Shown: positions 8,789-18,607, counted from the stretch's first letter. The stretch is DNA of 32,000 bases from Methylorubrum extorquens (GCA_900234795.1 LT962688.1:210001-242000); one strand, 5' to 3'. Notes: generated by a model from the sequence alone, not told the origin. Made by a program: numbers and translations.

Positions 8789-9811
8789 ATGGCAGGATGG
8801 GAGACAGTCGGAATGGGTCACAAGCCGCTGAACGAACAGGTCATCGTGATCACCGGCGCGTCCAGCGGCATCGGGCTCGCGACGGCGCGCATGGCCGCGC
8901 GGCGCGGTGCCCGCGTCGTGCTCGCCGCCCGCAGCGAGGATGTCCTGGCGGACATCGCCGCGGAGTTTGGGACACGCGCCACTTACGTGGTCGCCGATGT
9001 CGGCCGGCGGGAGGAGGTTCAGGCCATCGCCGACCATGCGGTCGCCACGTTCGGTGGCTTCGACACCTGGGTCAACGTGGCCGGTCTCACCGTCTACGGG
9101 CCGCTTCGCAAGATCGCCCTCGAGGACCACGAGCGGCTGATTCAAACCAACCTGTGGGGGACGGTGTACGGCTCGCTGATCGCCGCCGAGCATCTGCGCG
9201 GCCGCGGCGGCGCCATCGTCAATGTCGGCAGCATCGCCTCCGACCTCGCCTTCCCGTTCCAGGGCCTCTACGCCACGTCGAAACACGCGGTGAAGGGCTT
9301 CACCGACACGCTCCGCATGGAACTGATCGCCGAGGGCGCGCCGGTTTCCGTCACGCTGGTGAAGCCCGCCTCCATCGACACGCCGCTGCCGAACCGGGCC
9401 CGCAACTACATGGATCGCGAGCCGACGCTGCCGCCGCCGATCTATCCCCCGAAGGAAGTCGCCAACGCGATCCTGCACGCCGCGGTCCATCCGCAGCGGG
9501 ACATCTTCGTGGGCGGCGGCGGCAAGCTCTTTGTCATGGGCAAGGAGTTCGCGCCGGGGGCCTACGATGAGCTCGCATCGGCCATCATCGCCCAGCAGAA
9601 GCGGACGGAACCGCCGAGGAACCCGAAGGGAGCGCTGCACGCCCCGCAGGGGGCCGGCCGTGAACGGGGCGATCCGCCGATCTACGTCATGCGCAGCAGC
9701 GCCTATACCCGTGCGACCCTGCACCCGCTCGCGACAGCTGGGCTCGCTGCAGGCTTGGCGGCAACAGCAGCGCTGGTGCTGGGAGGAAAGAGCGCCCGGC
9801 GCCGACCCTGA
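8789..9811 (+). CDS. Short-chain dehydrogenase/reductase (SDR) with a C-terminal hydrophobic tail anchor
   Basis: Cofactor motif VITGASSGIG and catalytic YATSKHAVKG (YxxxK). The C-terminus LATAGLAAGLAATAALVLGG-KSARRRP looks like a TM anchor. The start is ambiguous: ATG at 8789, or ATG at 8813 preceded by GGGAGA. Confidence 0.8.
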   Translation: MAGWETVGMGHKPLNEQVIVITGASSGIGLATARMAARRGARVVLAARSEDVLADIAAEFGTRATYVVADVGRREEVQAIADHAVATFGGFDTWVNVAGLTVYGPLRKIALEDHERLIQTNLWGTVYGSLIAAEHLRGRGGAIVNVGSIASDLAFPFQGLYATSKHAVKGFTDTLRMELIAEGAPVSVTLVKPASIDTPLPNRARNYMDREPTLPPPIYPPKEVANAILHAAVHPQRDIFVGGGGKLFVMGKEFAPGAYDELASAIIAQQKRTEPPRNPKGALHAPQGAGRERGDPPIYVMRSSAYTRATLHPLATAGLAAGLAATAALVLGGKSARRRP

Positions 9812-9818
9812 GATCGGG

Positions 9819-9841
9819 CGCCGGGACGCCCCGTCCCGGCG
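9819..9841. terminator. Perfect 9-bp GC-rich hairpin between convergent genes, a candidate bidirectional terminator
   Basis: Left arm cgccgggac (9819-9827), 5-nt loop gcccc, right arm gtcccggcg (9833-9841). It lies between the SDR stop (9811) and the DUF2252 stop (9842). There is no U-tract. Confidence 0.5.
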
Positions 9842-11050
9842 TCAGGCCGCCTCCTGGCCGGCGTAGCGGCGGCAATGCTGCAGGTATCCGACCTCGTGGC
9901 GTCCGGCGAGTTCGACCACGCTGGACCAGAGCCAGGAGGGCGCCCCCTCGTCCACGTCGCTGCCGCGCGTGATCTCGGTCCGCCAGGCCGCACGCGTCTC
10001 GGCGTCCATCTGCCGGCCATGCGCCTTTCCGACGACATGGGCGAGGTAATGCGCGGCGCGGACCGCCTCCTCACGGCCGAACTGATCGACGTCGAGCTTC
10101 AGGTCCTGCGGCGCGAGTTCGCGCATCACGGCCGACTTGCTCAGCAGCCGAACCGGCAGCATGCGTTCGCCCAGATTCGGCGACAGGGCCCGCGCGCCGG
10201 CCACCACCCGTTCGGCCGGCTCGGAGGGCATCTCCACACCGGGAGCGGTCGGCGCGGCCGGCGCGACCGCCTCCTTCAAATCCACCAGCGCGAGTCGACG
10301 CTTGTTCCCGGGCTCGGTGATGCCGACGAGCGCGGCGTAGCGCAGGAAGCCGAGCGAGCTGCATCCCTTCATCCAGTAGGCCGCGTCGATCAGGCGGATC
10401 TCGGCCTCGTCGCTGCGCCCGTTCAGGGCCAGCACGAGCTGGCGCACCGCGTCTTCCTGAAAGACCCCATCGAGGGCCTCGCGCTCCTCCGTGTCGAGCC
10501 TCCAGAACTTGCGCCCGAGCGGAATCGCCGGCTCCACGCCCTTCAGGCGCTCCCGCGCGAGATGCTTCCAATGACGCCCGAGCGCCCGGCGGCGGACCGA
10601 GCGCACCGCGTCCGGTTCGGAAGGCTCCCGGTTCGTCTCGTTCTGTCCCAGTCCCGCGGCGTAGCCCAGAAGCATCTGTTCCAGCATTCGCGCCGTCACC
10701 ACACCGGGGAGGTCGGAGCCGCGCGCGGCGCTGGCGAGCGACAGCCCGAGGCGCACGAGGTCATGCGTCGGGTTGCCGATGACGGTCTGGTCGAGATCGC
10801 GAATCTGGATGTCGACGCGGCCGTCGGCATCGGCCAGGGGCCCGAGATTTCCGAGATGGCAATCACCGCAGATCCAGACCGGCGGTCCCTCCGGCAGGGT
10901 GCCGCGGGTGAGACCCTCGAGCCACTCGTAGAACTTCAGGGTATTGCCCCGGACGTAGGCGTGGGCTGATTGGGCCATTTTGAGGGTGCGTTGCCGCTCC
11001 AGCACCAAAGCACGTTCCTCAGGACCATAGGATCCGTTCACGAGCATCAA
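9842..11050 (-). CDS. DUF2252-family protein of unknown function
   Basis: 402-aa ORF with blocks I recognise as DUF2252-like (AHAYVRGNTLKFYEWL, VWICGDCHLGNLGPLADADGRVDIQIRDLDQTVIGNPTHDLVRLGLSLA). Confidence 0.75.
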   Translation of the reverse strand: MMLVNGSYGPEERALVLERQRTLKMAQSAHAYVRGNTLKFYEWLEGLTRGTLPEGPPVWICGDCHLGNLGPLADADGRVDIQIRDLDQTVIGNPTHDLVRLGLSLASAARGSDLPGVVTARMLEQMLLGYAAGLGQNETNREPSEPDAVRSVRRRALGRHWKHLARERLKGVEPAIPLGRKFWRLDTEEREALDGVFQEDAVRQLVLALNGRSDEAEIRLIDAAYWMKGCSSLGFLRYAALVGITEPGNKRRLALVDLKEAVAPAAPTAPGVEMPSEPAERVVAGARALSPNLGERMLPVRLLSKSAVMRELAPQDLKLDVDQFGREEAVRAAHYLAHVVGKAHGRQMDAETRAAWRTEITRGSDVDEGAPSWLWSSVVELAGRHEVGYLQHCRRYAGQEAA

Positions 11051-11397
11051 TCACCTTCATTCGATCGTTCGGCGCTCAGCGCCCGCTTTCAGCCTCAACG
11101 CGCTCACGGTGGTGAGCGGAGCGCGGCTCATCGTCTCCGCTGTGGATTACCGTCGCACCTAAAACGTGCCAGCACGCCGAGCCGAGCATGGACGAACCGG
11201 TCGAAGCGCGGGAAAAAGCAATTTCGATAGCATTCGAGAGGGAGACGCCGACGGACAAACGGGTTTGAATGGCTGCGACAGGGGTCGTTGGAAGAGTAGC
11301 GCCCGACACGCTAAGGAAGTGATCGGAACGCGCCGCCCGTGCGTTATCCCCGGCGCTGACGCAGGTTTGTGGGGCGCCCGGTGGGCGCCCATGCGAG

Positions 11398-12960
11398 ATG
11401 GGCCATAACAGTACAGGAGCGGCGTCCGAGCCGATGAACGAGGCGATGAGCACGACAAGCACCCGATCCGGTTCCGAGACCAGGATCTCGACCGGCATAT
11501 CGGGCTTGGACGAGGTTCTCTGCGGCGGCCTGACGCCGGATCGGCTCTACCTTCTGGAAGGGACGCCCGGCACCGGAAAGACGACACTCGCACTGCAATT
11601 CCTGCTCGAAGGCGCGGCCCGGAAGGGACGCAGCCTCTACGTGACGCTGTCGGAAACGGCGGACGAGCTGCGCGCCGCGGCCCTGAGCCACGGCTGGTCG
11701 CTCGACGGCATCGAACTCTACGAACTCGTCAACGAGATGGGGCTCGACCCCGACAGCGAGCAATCGATCCTGCACCCGTCCGAGATCGAGCTCGGCGAGA
11801 CGGTCAGGGAGGTCATGGCGCGGGTCGAAAGTCTCAAGCCCGAACGCGTGGTGTTCGACAGCCTCTCGGAACTGCGCCTGCTGGCCCAGAACCCGCTGCG
11901 CTACCGGCGTCAGATCCTCGCGCTGAAGCAGTTCTTCGCCAAGCGCGCCTGCACCGTGCTGATGCTCGATGACCGCACCTCGGAGGCGGGCGACCTCCAG
12001 CTCCACAGTATCGCGCACGGGGTGATCTCCCTCGACCAGAACCCGCGCGAGTTCGGCTCCGAGCGCCGACGCCTGCGGATCGTGAAGATGCGCGGCATCA
12101 AGTTCCGGGGCGGCTACCACGACTTCGTGCTGGAGACCGGCGGCGTGCAGGTCTTCCCAAGACTCATTGCGGCTGAGCATCGCGCGACCTTCGACCCGAC
12201 GGCGCAATCGACGGGTTCGGACGAACTGGACCTGCTGCTGGGCGGCGGCCTCGTGCCCGGCACCAACACGCTCCTGCTCGGCCCCTCCGGTGTGGGCAAG
12301 ACCACGACCGGATTGCGCTGCATGTTGGCCGCGCTCGAACGGGGCGAGACGGCGACGTACTACCTGTTCGACGAAGGGCTCGCGACGATGATCGCCCGGG
12401 CTACCCTGCTCGGCATGGATCTGCGGCCGCATCTCGGGACCGGGCGGCTGACCATCATGCAGATCGACCCGGCGGAGCTCTCACCGGGAGAGTTCGCCTC
12501 GATCGTCCGACAGGCCGTCGAGGAGCGCGGCTCCACCTTCGTCGCCGTCGACAGCCTGAACGCCTACCTGCACGCGATGCCGGGCGAGGAGCACCTCATC
12601 CTGCAGATGCACGAACTCCTGAGCTATCTCAATCAGAAGGGTGTCACCACGCTCCTCGTGCTCGGGCAGCACGGTGTGATCGGCGAGGTTCGGACCGACA
12701 TCGACCTGAGCTACCTCAGCGACTGCATCCTGCTGTTCCGGTTCTTCGAAGCGAGCGGCGAGATCCGCACGGCGCTGTCGGTGGTGAAGAGCCGCGTCAA
12801 TCCGCATGAGCGCACGATCCGTGAGCTGAGACTCTCGACCGACGGGCTTCGGGTCGGCGAGGCGTTGAGCGATTTCGAGGGCGTGCTTACCGGTCTGCCG
12901 GCCTATCGCGGCCGGGTCGAGATGCTGAAGGGGCCGCGTGAGACCGGGGACGGCGCTTGA
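11398..12960 (+). CDS. KaiC-family double-domain RecA-like ATPase
   Basis: Two tandem KaiC/RecA-like domains, each with a Walker A (GTPGTGKT, GPSGVGKT) and a Walker B (RVVFDS, FVAVDS). The C-terminal block DLSYLSDCILLFRFFEASGEIRTALSVVKSRVNPHERTIRE parallels the cyanobacterial KaiC CII region around the phosphosites. The exact start is uncertain (possibly MNEAM.. a few codons downstream). Confidence 0.85.
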   Translation: MGHNSTGAASEPMNEAMSTTSTRSGSETRISTGISGLDEVLCGGLTPDRLYLLEGTPGTGKTTLALQFLLEGAARKGRSLYVTLSETADELRAAALSHGWSLDGIELYELVNEMGLDPDSEQSILHPSEIELGETVREVMARVESLKPERVVFDSLSELRLLAQNPLRYRRQILALKQFFAKRACTVLMLDDRTSEAGDLQLHSIAHGVISLDQNPREFGSERRRLRIVKMRGIKFRGGYHDFVLETGGVQVFPRLIAAEHRATFDPTAQSTGSDELDLLLGGGLVPGTNTLLLGPSGVGKTTTGLRCMLAALERGETATYYLFDEGLATMIARATLLGMDLRPHLGTGRLTIMQIDPAELSPGEFASIVRQAVEERGSTFVAVDSLNAYLHAMPGEEHLILQMHELLSYLNQKGVTTLLVLGQHGVIGEVRTDIDLSYLSDCILLFRFFEASGEIRTALSVVKSRVNPHERTIRELRLSTDGLRVGEALSDFEGVLTGLPAYRGRVEMLKGPRETGDGA

Positions 12961-15005
12961 TGTCATCCACCGAGGAGCGCGTCCTGATCCTGACACCACG
13001 CGGGCGCGATGCCGCGGTGATCGAGGGGGTGCTGGACCGTTCGGGCATTCACGCCACGGTCTGCGCGAACGTCGCGGCGTGGTTGACGGGGCTGCGCGAG
13101 GGGGCCGGAACCGCTCTTGTGACCGAGGAGGCTCTGGCCGACGGCGACACGGCGGACGTGTTCGCTTGGCTCGATGCGCAACAGCCCTGGTCGGACTTCC
13201 CCTTCATCGTGCTGGCGACGCGCCAAGCCGGCCGTCGCACCCAGAGCGCGGCGGAATTGCTGCGGCGGCTCGGCAACGTGGTTCTGCTGGAACGCCCGAT
13301 CAACGCCGAGACGCTGACCAGCGCGGTCGTCTCGTCCCTGCGTGCACGCCGCCGCCAGTACCAAGCCCGGCAGCATCTGCTGGAACGGGAGCGTGCGCAG
13401 GAGCAACTCCGGCTGGCGAACGAGGAGTTGGAGCGGCGTGTCGCCGAGCGGACGCGGGAGGTCGAGACCGCCCACGAGACCCTCGCCTTCGCCCTCGACG
13501 CCGCCGGCATGAGTTCGTGGGACATCGACTACGTCGCCGGAACCCATCGCCGCTCGCCCCGCTTCGATGCCGTGTTCGGCTACGCGGGCACAGGACAGTC
13601 CTGGGACCGTGAGACGTTCCTGGCCCATGTCGTCGACGAAGACCGCGAGACGGCCGAGGACGCCTTCGCGAACGTCCCGAAGACGAGCCGGCTCGACCTC
13701 GAATGCCGCATCCGGCGCGCGGATGGAGCGGTGCGCTGGATTGCGATGCGGGGGCGGGTCAAATCCGGCGAGGCTGATAGGCCGGAGCGGATCGCCGGCA
13801 TCCTGATGGACCGCACGGATCAGCACGTCACGGAGGAGGCGCTGCGCCAAGCCCAGAAGATGGAGGCGATCGGCCAGCTCACGGGCGGTGTGGCGCACGA
13901 TTTCAACAACCTGCTCACCGTCATCGTCGGCGGCCTCGACATGATGCTGCGCCGTCCCGACCAGCCCGACCGCGTGAAGCGGCTGGCCGAGGCGGCCATG
14001 GGTGCGGCGCGCCGCGGCGAGCAGCTCACCCAGCAGCTTCTCGCCTTCTCACGCCGCCAGATGCTGCGGCCGCAGACGCTCAACCCGAACCGGCTGCTGC
14101 TGGACTTCCGGCCGCTCGCCGAGCGCGCGGCGACCGGTGCCGTCGAATTGGCCTTCGATCTCGACCCGGCCCTCGACCCGATCCGCATTGATCCGGCTCA
14201 GTTCGAGTCGGCCGTGCTGAACTTGATCGTGAACGCGCGCGACGCCCTGGAGGGCAGGGGGGGCCACGCCCGCATCGCGGTCACGAGCCGCAACGTCCGG
14301 CTCGGCACGGCGGCGGTGGCAGACCGGGGCGTTCCGCCGGGCCCTTACGTCGTCATCTCGGTGACGGATACCGGCAGCGGTATCCCGCCCGACAAGCTTC
14401 AACGCGTCTTCGAGCCGTTCTTCACCACGAAGGAGGTCGGCAAGGGCACCGGCCTCGGGCTCAGCCAGGTCTACGGCTTCACCCGCAGCGCCAAGGGGTT
14501 CGCGCAGATCGAATCGGAAGTCGGCAAAGGCACGACGGTCAGCCTGTACTTTCCGCGCTCGACCGACCCGGCCGGCGAAGAGATCGGACCCGGACCGGTC
14601 GGCGCCATCCCGCTGCGCCGGGCCGGAGAGGGCGAGACGGTGCTGCTGGTCGAGGACGACGAACAGGTGCTCGGCATGGCCGTCGAGAGCCTGGAGGAGC
14701 TGCGCTATCGAGTCATCGTCACCCGCAACGCGGCCGAGGCGCTGGAGCATCTGCACGGCGTCGAGCGGATCGACATCTTGTTTTCGGACGTCGTCATGCC
14801 CGGCGGCATGAACGGCTCGCAACTCGCCGTCGAGGCGCGGCGGGTGCGCCCGGACATTAAGATCCTGCTGACCTCGGGCTATGTAGCGAATCTCGATGAG
14901 GGGCAGGTGATCGGCCAGGGCGAGCTTCCGGTGCTCAACAAGCCCTACCGGCGCGACGAACTCGCCCGGTCGCTCCGCCTCGTGCTCGGTGGCGAAAGGG
15001 CCTGA
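12957..15005 (+). CDS. Hybrid sensor histidine kinase: N-terminal pseudo-receiver, coiled coil, PAS, HisKA, HATPase_c and a C-terminal canonical receiver
   Basis: H-box [14 protein letters not shown] (the His codon is at about 13896). G-boxes DTGSGIP and GKGTGLGLS. The C-terminal REC has [18 protein letters not shown] and NKPY. The N-terminal roughly 130 aa are REC-like but lack the acidic pocket (LILTPR instead of DD, LVTEEAL instead of the phospho-Asp). The ATG at 12960 shares a base with the kaiC-like TGA (TGATG). Confidence 0.9.
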   Translation: MMSSTEERVLILTPRGRDAAVIEGVLDRSGIHATVCANVAAWLTGLREGAGTALVTEEALADGDTADVFAWLDAQQPWSDFPFIVLATRQAGRRTQSAAELLRRLGNVVLLERPINAETLTSAVVSSLRARRRQYQARQHLLERERAQEQLRLANEELERRVAERTREVETAHETLAFALDAAGMSSWDIDYVAGTHRRSPRFDAVFGYAGTGQSWDRETFLAHVVDEDRETAEDAFANVPKTSRLDLECRIRRADGAVRWIAMRGRVKSGEADRPERIAGILMDRTDQHVTEEALRQAQKMEAIGQLTGGVAHDFNNLLTVIVGGLDMMLRRPDQPDRVKRLAEAAMGAARRGEQLTQQLLAFSRRQMLRPQTLNPNRLLLDFRPLAERAATGAVELAFDLDPALDPIRIDPAQFESAVLNLIVNARDALEGRGGHARIAVTSRNVRLGTAAVADRGVPPGPYVVISVTDTGSGIPPDKLQRVFEPFFTTKEVGKGTGLGLSQVYGFTRSAKGFAQIESEVGKGTTVSLYFPRSTDPAGEEIGPGPVGAIPLRRAGEGETVLLVEDDEQVLGMAVESLEELRYRVIVTRNAAEALEHLHGVERIDILFSDVVMPGGMNGSQLAVEARRVRPDIKILLTSGYVANLDEGQVIGQGELPVLNKPYRRDELARSLRLVLGGERA

Positions 15006-15374
15006 CGGTTCCGGGTTCGTCGCCCGGACCGATTACCGGACCTGTCAGCGCCAAGCAGGACGGGCCCGCCAGCGCCCTCAAGTTTTCGACAGTCGAACGA
15101 GGTCGGAAATGCAGGAATGCGTCGTGCTCCAAGGCATGAGCGCATCCGCGCCGGTAACCTTTCGGTAAACAAACATCCTTAACAGAATTCTTGAATGGCC
15201 GACTGGATGTGGTTCGGGCGATTGTTTCCGCCCCGTCTCGTGTCCAGCGGTGCGCTTCTCGGGGAAGCATGCCGGGCGGGCGGTGAAGTCTCGACGACGC
15301 CGATCGTTTTGGGCCAGCGTCCTTATGGATCACCGGTCGAGGTCTGCCGACCGCGTCGTTGGAAAGCCTATGCC

Positions 15375-16211
15375 ATGCCGGAGACGATCGAACCGCGCAA
15401 AGGTGCAACCGGTCAGCCGATCGCGCAGCCCTCGCCGGTCGAGATGCTGAAGCAGGCCGTCGCCGGTGGCCCGAAAGCCGCGGCAAAGGCGACGCCGCCC
15501 GCAGCCGCGCCGACGCGGAAGGCGTTCCACCTCGGAGCCAACGGTCGGCTTGCCGCAGCGAGCGTGGCCGCCTTGGTTGGTGGCGTGTGCCTAGGCTTGG
15601 TGACAGCCCCTCAAGAGCGATCCGGCGGGGCGCTTGCGCAGGTCCAGGCCGAATTGTCGGCCGGGCGCTCGGAAGCGGCCAGGTTCGCCCAGGAGATCGA
15701 CCGGCTCGCCCGTACGGTGACGGCCCTGCGTGACGCGAGCGAAGCAGCACGCGGTGAGACCAAAGCGCTCGGCCACACCGTGACGGATCGGCTCAGCCGT
15801 ACCGAGCAAACGCTGGATAAGCGACTGGCGAACTTGTCCGAAACGGTGGCCCGCGTCGAGCGTGATCAGACTGAGCGCATGACGAGCGCGATCGCGCAAT
15901 GGGAGAAGAAGCTGCAACCGGTTGCCGCCGCCGCTCCCGCGAAATCCGAGGCGAAGCCCGAGGCGCGCGCGGCGGAGCCGACCCAGACCGGAAGTCTGCC
16001 GGACAAGCCGAAATCCGACACCCTCGAAGGCTGGGCGCTGCGCGACGTCTATGACGGCGTCGCGGTGCTCGAGGATCGTCGCCGCCGGCTCGTCGAAGTC
16101 GGGCGGGGCGACGCGGTGCCGGGTATCGGCCGGGTCGAGGCGATCGAACGCCGGGGTCGACAGTGGGTCGTGGTCACCCGTCAGGGCATCATCACGCCCC
16201 AAGCGTGGTAG
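15375..16211 (+). CDS. Hypothetical membrane-anchored coiled-coil protein with a small C-terminal beta-rich domain
   Basis: The ORF frame opens at 15195. The ATG at 15375 (MPETIEPRK..) is preceded by GGAAAG. There is one TM segment (AAASVAALVGGVCLGLVTA), a heptad-like segment, an Ala/Pro/Lys-rich linker and a C-terminal block GWALRDVYDGVAVLEDRRRRLVEVGRGDAVPGIGRVEAIERRGRQWVVVT. Confidence 0.6.
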   Translation: MPETIEPRKGATGQPIAQPSPVEMLKQAVAGGPKAAAKATPPAAAPTRKAFHLGANGRLAAASVAALVGGVCLGLVTAPQERSGGALAQVQAELSAGRSEAARFAQEIDRLARTVTALRDASEAARGETKALGHTVTDRLSRTEQTLDKRLANLSETVARVERDQTERMTSAIAQWEKKLQPVAAAAPAKSEAKPEARAAEPTQTGSLPDKPKSDTLEGWALRDVYDGVAVLEDRRRRLVEVGRGDAVPGIGRVEAIERRGRQWVVVTRQGIITPQAW

Positions 16212-16238
16212 CGCCGATTCGGCAGTGTGACCGTTCTG

Positions 16239-16454
16239 TCAGTCCACCGGTAGGATATCGGCGCGCTTGACGGCAGCGAGCGTCGTGCCCGGCACGGCGG
16301 GTGCCAACTCGGCCAGCATGGTCGCCCGCTCAAGGCGCATCCGACCGCGCTCAAGCGCCTCCTCCCGAGCCTTCGGCGTCGGGCGGAGAATCATGGCGAG
16401 AAGCGCTTCGCTTTCGCCATGCTCGGTCAGATACTTCCCGTCGAAGACTGGCAT
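16239..16454 (-). CDS. Small hypothetical protein (71 aa)
   Basis: ORF 16239..16466. The ATG at 16454 is preceded by GAGGG about 12 nt upstream. Third-position GC looks coding-like, but I recognise no family. Confidence 0.3.
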   Translation of the reverse strand: MPVFDGKYLTEHGESEALLAMILRPTPKAREEALERGRMRLERATMLAELAPAVPGTTLAAVKRADILPVD

Positions 16455-16639
16455 GACCTGTTCCAACCCTCGGTGAGGGCATGCGGCTTACGAGCAAAAG
16501 CTCGACCGTGCGTGAAGAACCAACAAAACGGGGATAAGTTCCGCCATTTCTTCAATCTTCACTGCGTCTTCATATTTGCGCCGCAGCAGACCTTACGGCG
16601 GTGCGAAGCCGCACACCAGACTGACAATAGTCGTACAAC

Positions 16640-17524
16640 TCAGGTTTGCGGCAGCGCCAAAAGATTAGCCGGGAAGCCACGAAAGCCCGTTTCGACTTTG
16701 TAGAGGTGCCCCGCCATCGGCTCGAGCGTCGGATCGCGGCCGCGAAGACAGGTCGTGACGTAGAGCGTCGAGAGGTCGTCACCGCCGAACGCGCATTTCG
16801 TGACGAGCGGTGTCGGCATCGGCACGACGTACGCGACGCGGCCGTCCGGGTCGAAACGGGTGATGCGACCCGCGCCGTAATGGCAGATCCAGAGGTGATC
16901 CTCGGCATCGAGCGTCAGGCCGTCCGGCTTGCCCCAGCCCTCTTCGAAACGGATCAACGGTCGCGCTTCGCCGATGCGCCCGTCATCGAGCGCGTGAACC
17001 TGCACGAGGCCGTTCGCCGTATCGATCGTGTAGACGCGCCGTCCGTCCGGGCTGACGACCGGACCGTTGGTCACGGCGGCACGGCTGCCGAATGTCTCGA
17101 CCCGCGAACCGTCCCAGCGGTGGAAGCCACCGGTCTCCGCTTCCTCCGCGTCGTCCATGCTGCCGAAATAGAGCCAGCCATCGGGCCCGGCATTACCGCT
17201 GTTGAGCCGATTGCCCGCGGGATAGTTGTCCGGACGAACGAGCGGCGTGCGTGATCCGTCCGAGAGCCGCAAGGCAGCGACACCGGACTTGAACCCCGCG
17301 ACGACGCGGTCCGGATCGGGCGTCAGAACGGCGAAACCGATCTTCTCGTCGAGCGGGAGCCGCACGGTCTCGCCCGTAGTAGGCCAGTGCCGCCAGATCG
17401 CCGGGTTCTCGATATCGACCCATAGCAACGACCCGTCACGGGCATCCCAGACAACCTCCTCACCGAGGGTGCAGCCGCAGGCGACCGCAACGCGCGGCGT
17501 GTGGGGATGGACGGGTGGGGTCAT
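16640..17524 (-). CDS. SMP-30/gluconolactonase/LRE-family protein
   Basis: Beta-propeller lactonase-like blocks (GEEVVWDARDGSLLWVDI, NRLNSGNAGPDGWLYFGSM, PDGLTLDAEDHLWICHYGAGRITRFDPDG). The ATG at 17524 is preceded by GGAG. Confidence 0.85.
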   Translation of the reverse strand: MTPPVHPHTPRVAVACGCTLGEEVVWDARDGSLLWVDIENPAIWRHWPTTGETVRLPLDEKIGFAVLTPDPDRVVAGFKSGVAALRLSDGSRTPLVRPDNYPAGNRLNSGNAGPDGWLYFGSMDDAEEAETGGFHRWDGSRVETFGSRAAVTNGPVVSPDGRRVYTIDTANGLVQVHALDDGRIGEARPLIRFEEGWGKPDGLTLDAEDHLWICHYGAGRITRFDPDGRVAYVVPMPTPLVTKCAFGGDDLSTLYVTTCLRGRDPTLEPMAGHLYKVETGFRGFPANLLALPQT

Positions 17525-17632
17525 CGAGGCTCCGGCACGCTGAAGGGCGGGATCTTCAAACCCCGCCTCAATCAACGCGCCCCGCCCGCGCTTTTTCCCT
17601 CATCGGATGGCGCCGGCTCGAAACCTGTGGTT

Positions 17633-18535
17633 CTACCGGGTCGCCTCCGCGACGAACTCGGCATTGATGGCGAAGGCGGCCATCGCGCCCTCCGCGGCGG
17701 CCACGACGGCGAATTGCACGCGGCGCGACGCGTCACCCGCCACATAGAGACCGGGCACGTTGGTCTTCTCGTATTCGCGGGTCGGAACCACGCTGCGGGT
17801 CTCGTCGAGTTCGCAGCCGAGCTGGGTGATGAGCGGGGAAGGGCTGCAGGCGAACGGCATCAGGAAGAGCGCAGTGCAAGGGGTTTGGCTGCCGTCGCGG
17901 AAGCGGAGGCAGGTGGGCCGCGATCCGTCCCCTTCCAGCCGTTCGATCTCCGCCTCGATCACCCGCACGCCGTTGCGGGCGAGCCGATCACGGTCCTTGT
18001 CAGACAGATCGCCGTCGTGACCGCTCGTGCACAGGGTGACGTCCTGGCTCCAGCCGGTCAGTTCCAGCGCCAGCCCGCAGCCGCCATGCCCGCAGCCGTA
18101 GACGACGAGCGGGCGGTCGCGAACCTCGAAGCCATCGCAGTAGGGGCAGGAGTGCACGCCCGTGCCCCAATAGGTCTCGAAGCCCTCGATCTCGGGGATG
18201 TCCTGCGCCAGGCCCGTCGCCAGGATCAGACGGCGCGCCCGCTCAACGGTGCCGTCGGCCTGGATGATGGTGAAGCCGTCGGCGTCACGTGCGGCTTCCG
18301 TCACCGCGACGTCGCGGCACTCGACGGTCTCGTACCGGTCGAGGTCGGCCCGGCCCTTTGCGCGCAGATCGAAGGGCGGGGTGCCGTCTCGGGTAAACAG
18401 CCCCCAGGTGAGGGGCGTCGCGGCGTTGCGGGGCTGGCTCGCATCGCAGAGCAGAACCGTGCGACGGGCCCGGCCGAGGATCAGGGCGGCGTTGAGCCCG
18501 GCCGGGCCGCCGCCCACGATAATGACGTCGTGCAT
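17633..18535 (-). CDS. Thioredoxin-reductase-like NAD(P)/FAD-dependent oxidoreductase
   Basis: N-terminal dinucleotide fold DVIIVGGGPAGLNAA, redox motif SCPYCDG, C-terminal GLYVAGD. Confidence 0.85.
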   Translation of the reverse strand: MHDVIIVGGGPAGLNAALILGRARRTVLLCDASQPRNAATPLTWGLFTRDGTPPFDLRAKGRADLDRYETVECRDVAVTEAARDADGFTIIQADGTVERARRLILATGLAQDIPEIEGFETYWGTGVHSCPYCDGFEVRDRPLVVYGCGHGGCGLALELTGWSQDVTLCTSGHDGDLSDKDRDRLARNGVRVIEAEIERLEGDGSRPTCLRFRDGSQTPCTALFLMPFACSPSPLITQLGCELDETRSVVPTREYEKTNVPGLYVAGDASRRVQFAVVAAAEGAMAAFAINAEFVAEATR

Positions 18536-18607
18536 GCTGTTCTCCCGGCGAACCCGCCGGGGATCAAGCCTCGTGATCGCGAAAGAGTTTCGCGAAAGTG
18601 CCGCCGC

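Noticed and set aside
11344-12432. 362-aa minus-strand ORF. The same applies to 12963..13898, 14049..14822, 8663..9724, 6699..7814 and 14935..15750.
   Set aside because: They are antisense or out-of-frame shadows of the kaiC-like gene, the hybrid kinase, the SDR, mdcA and the coiled-coil gene. None has a family signature.
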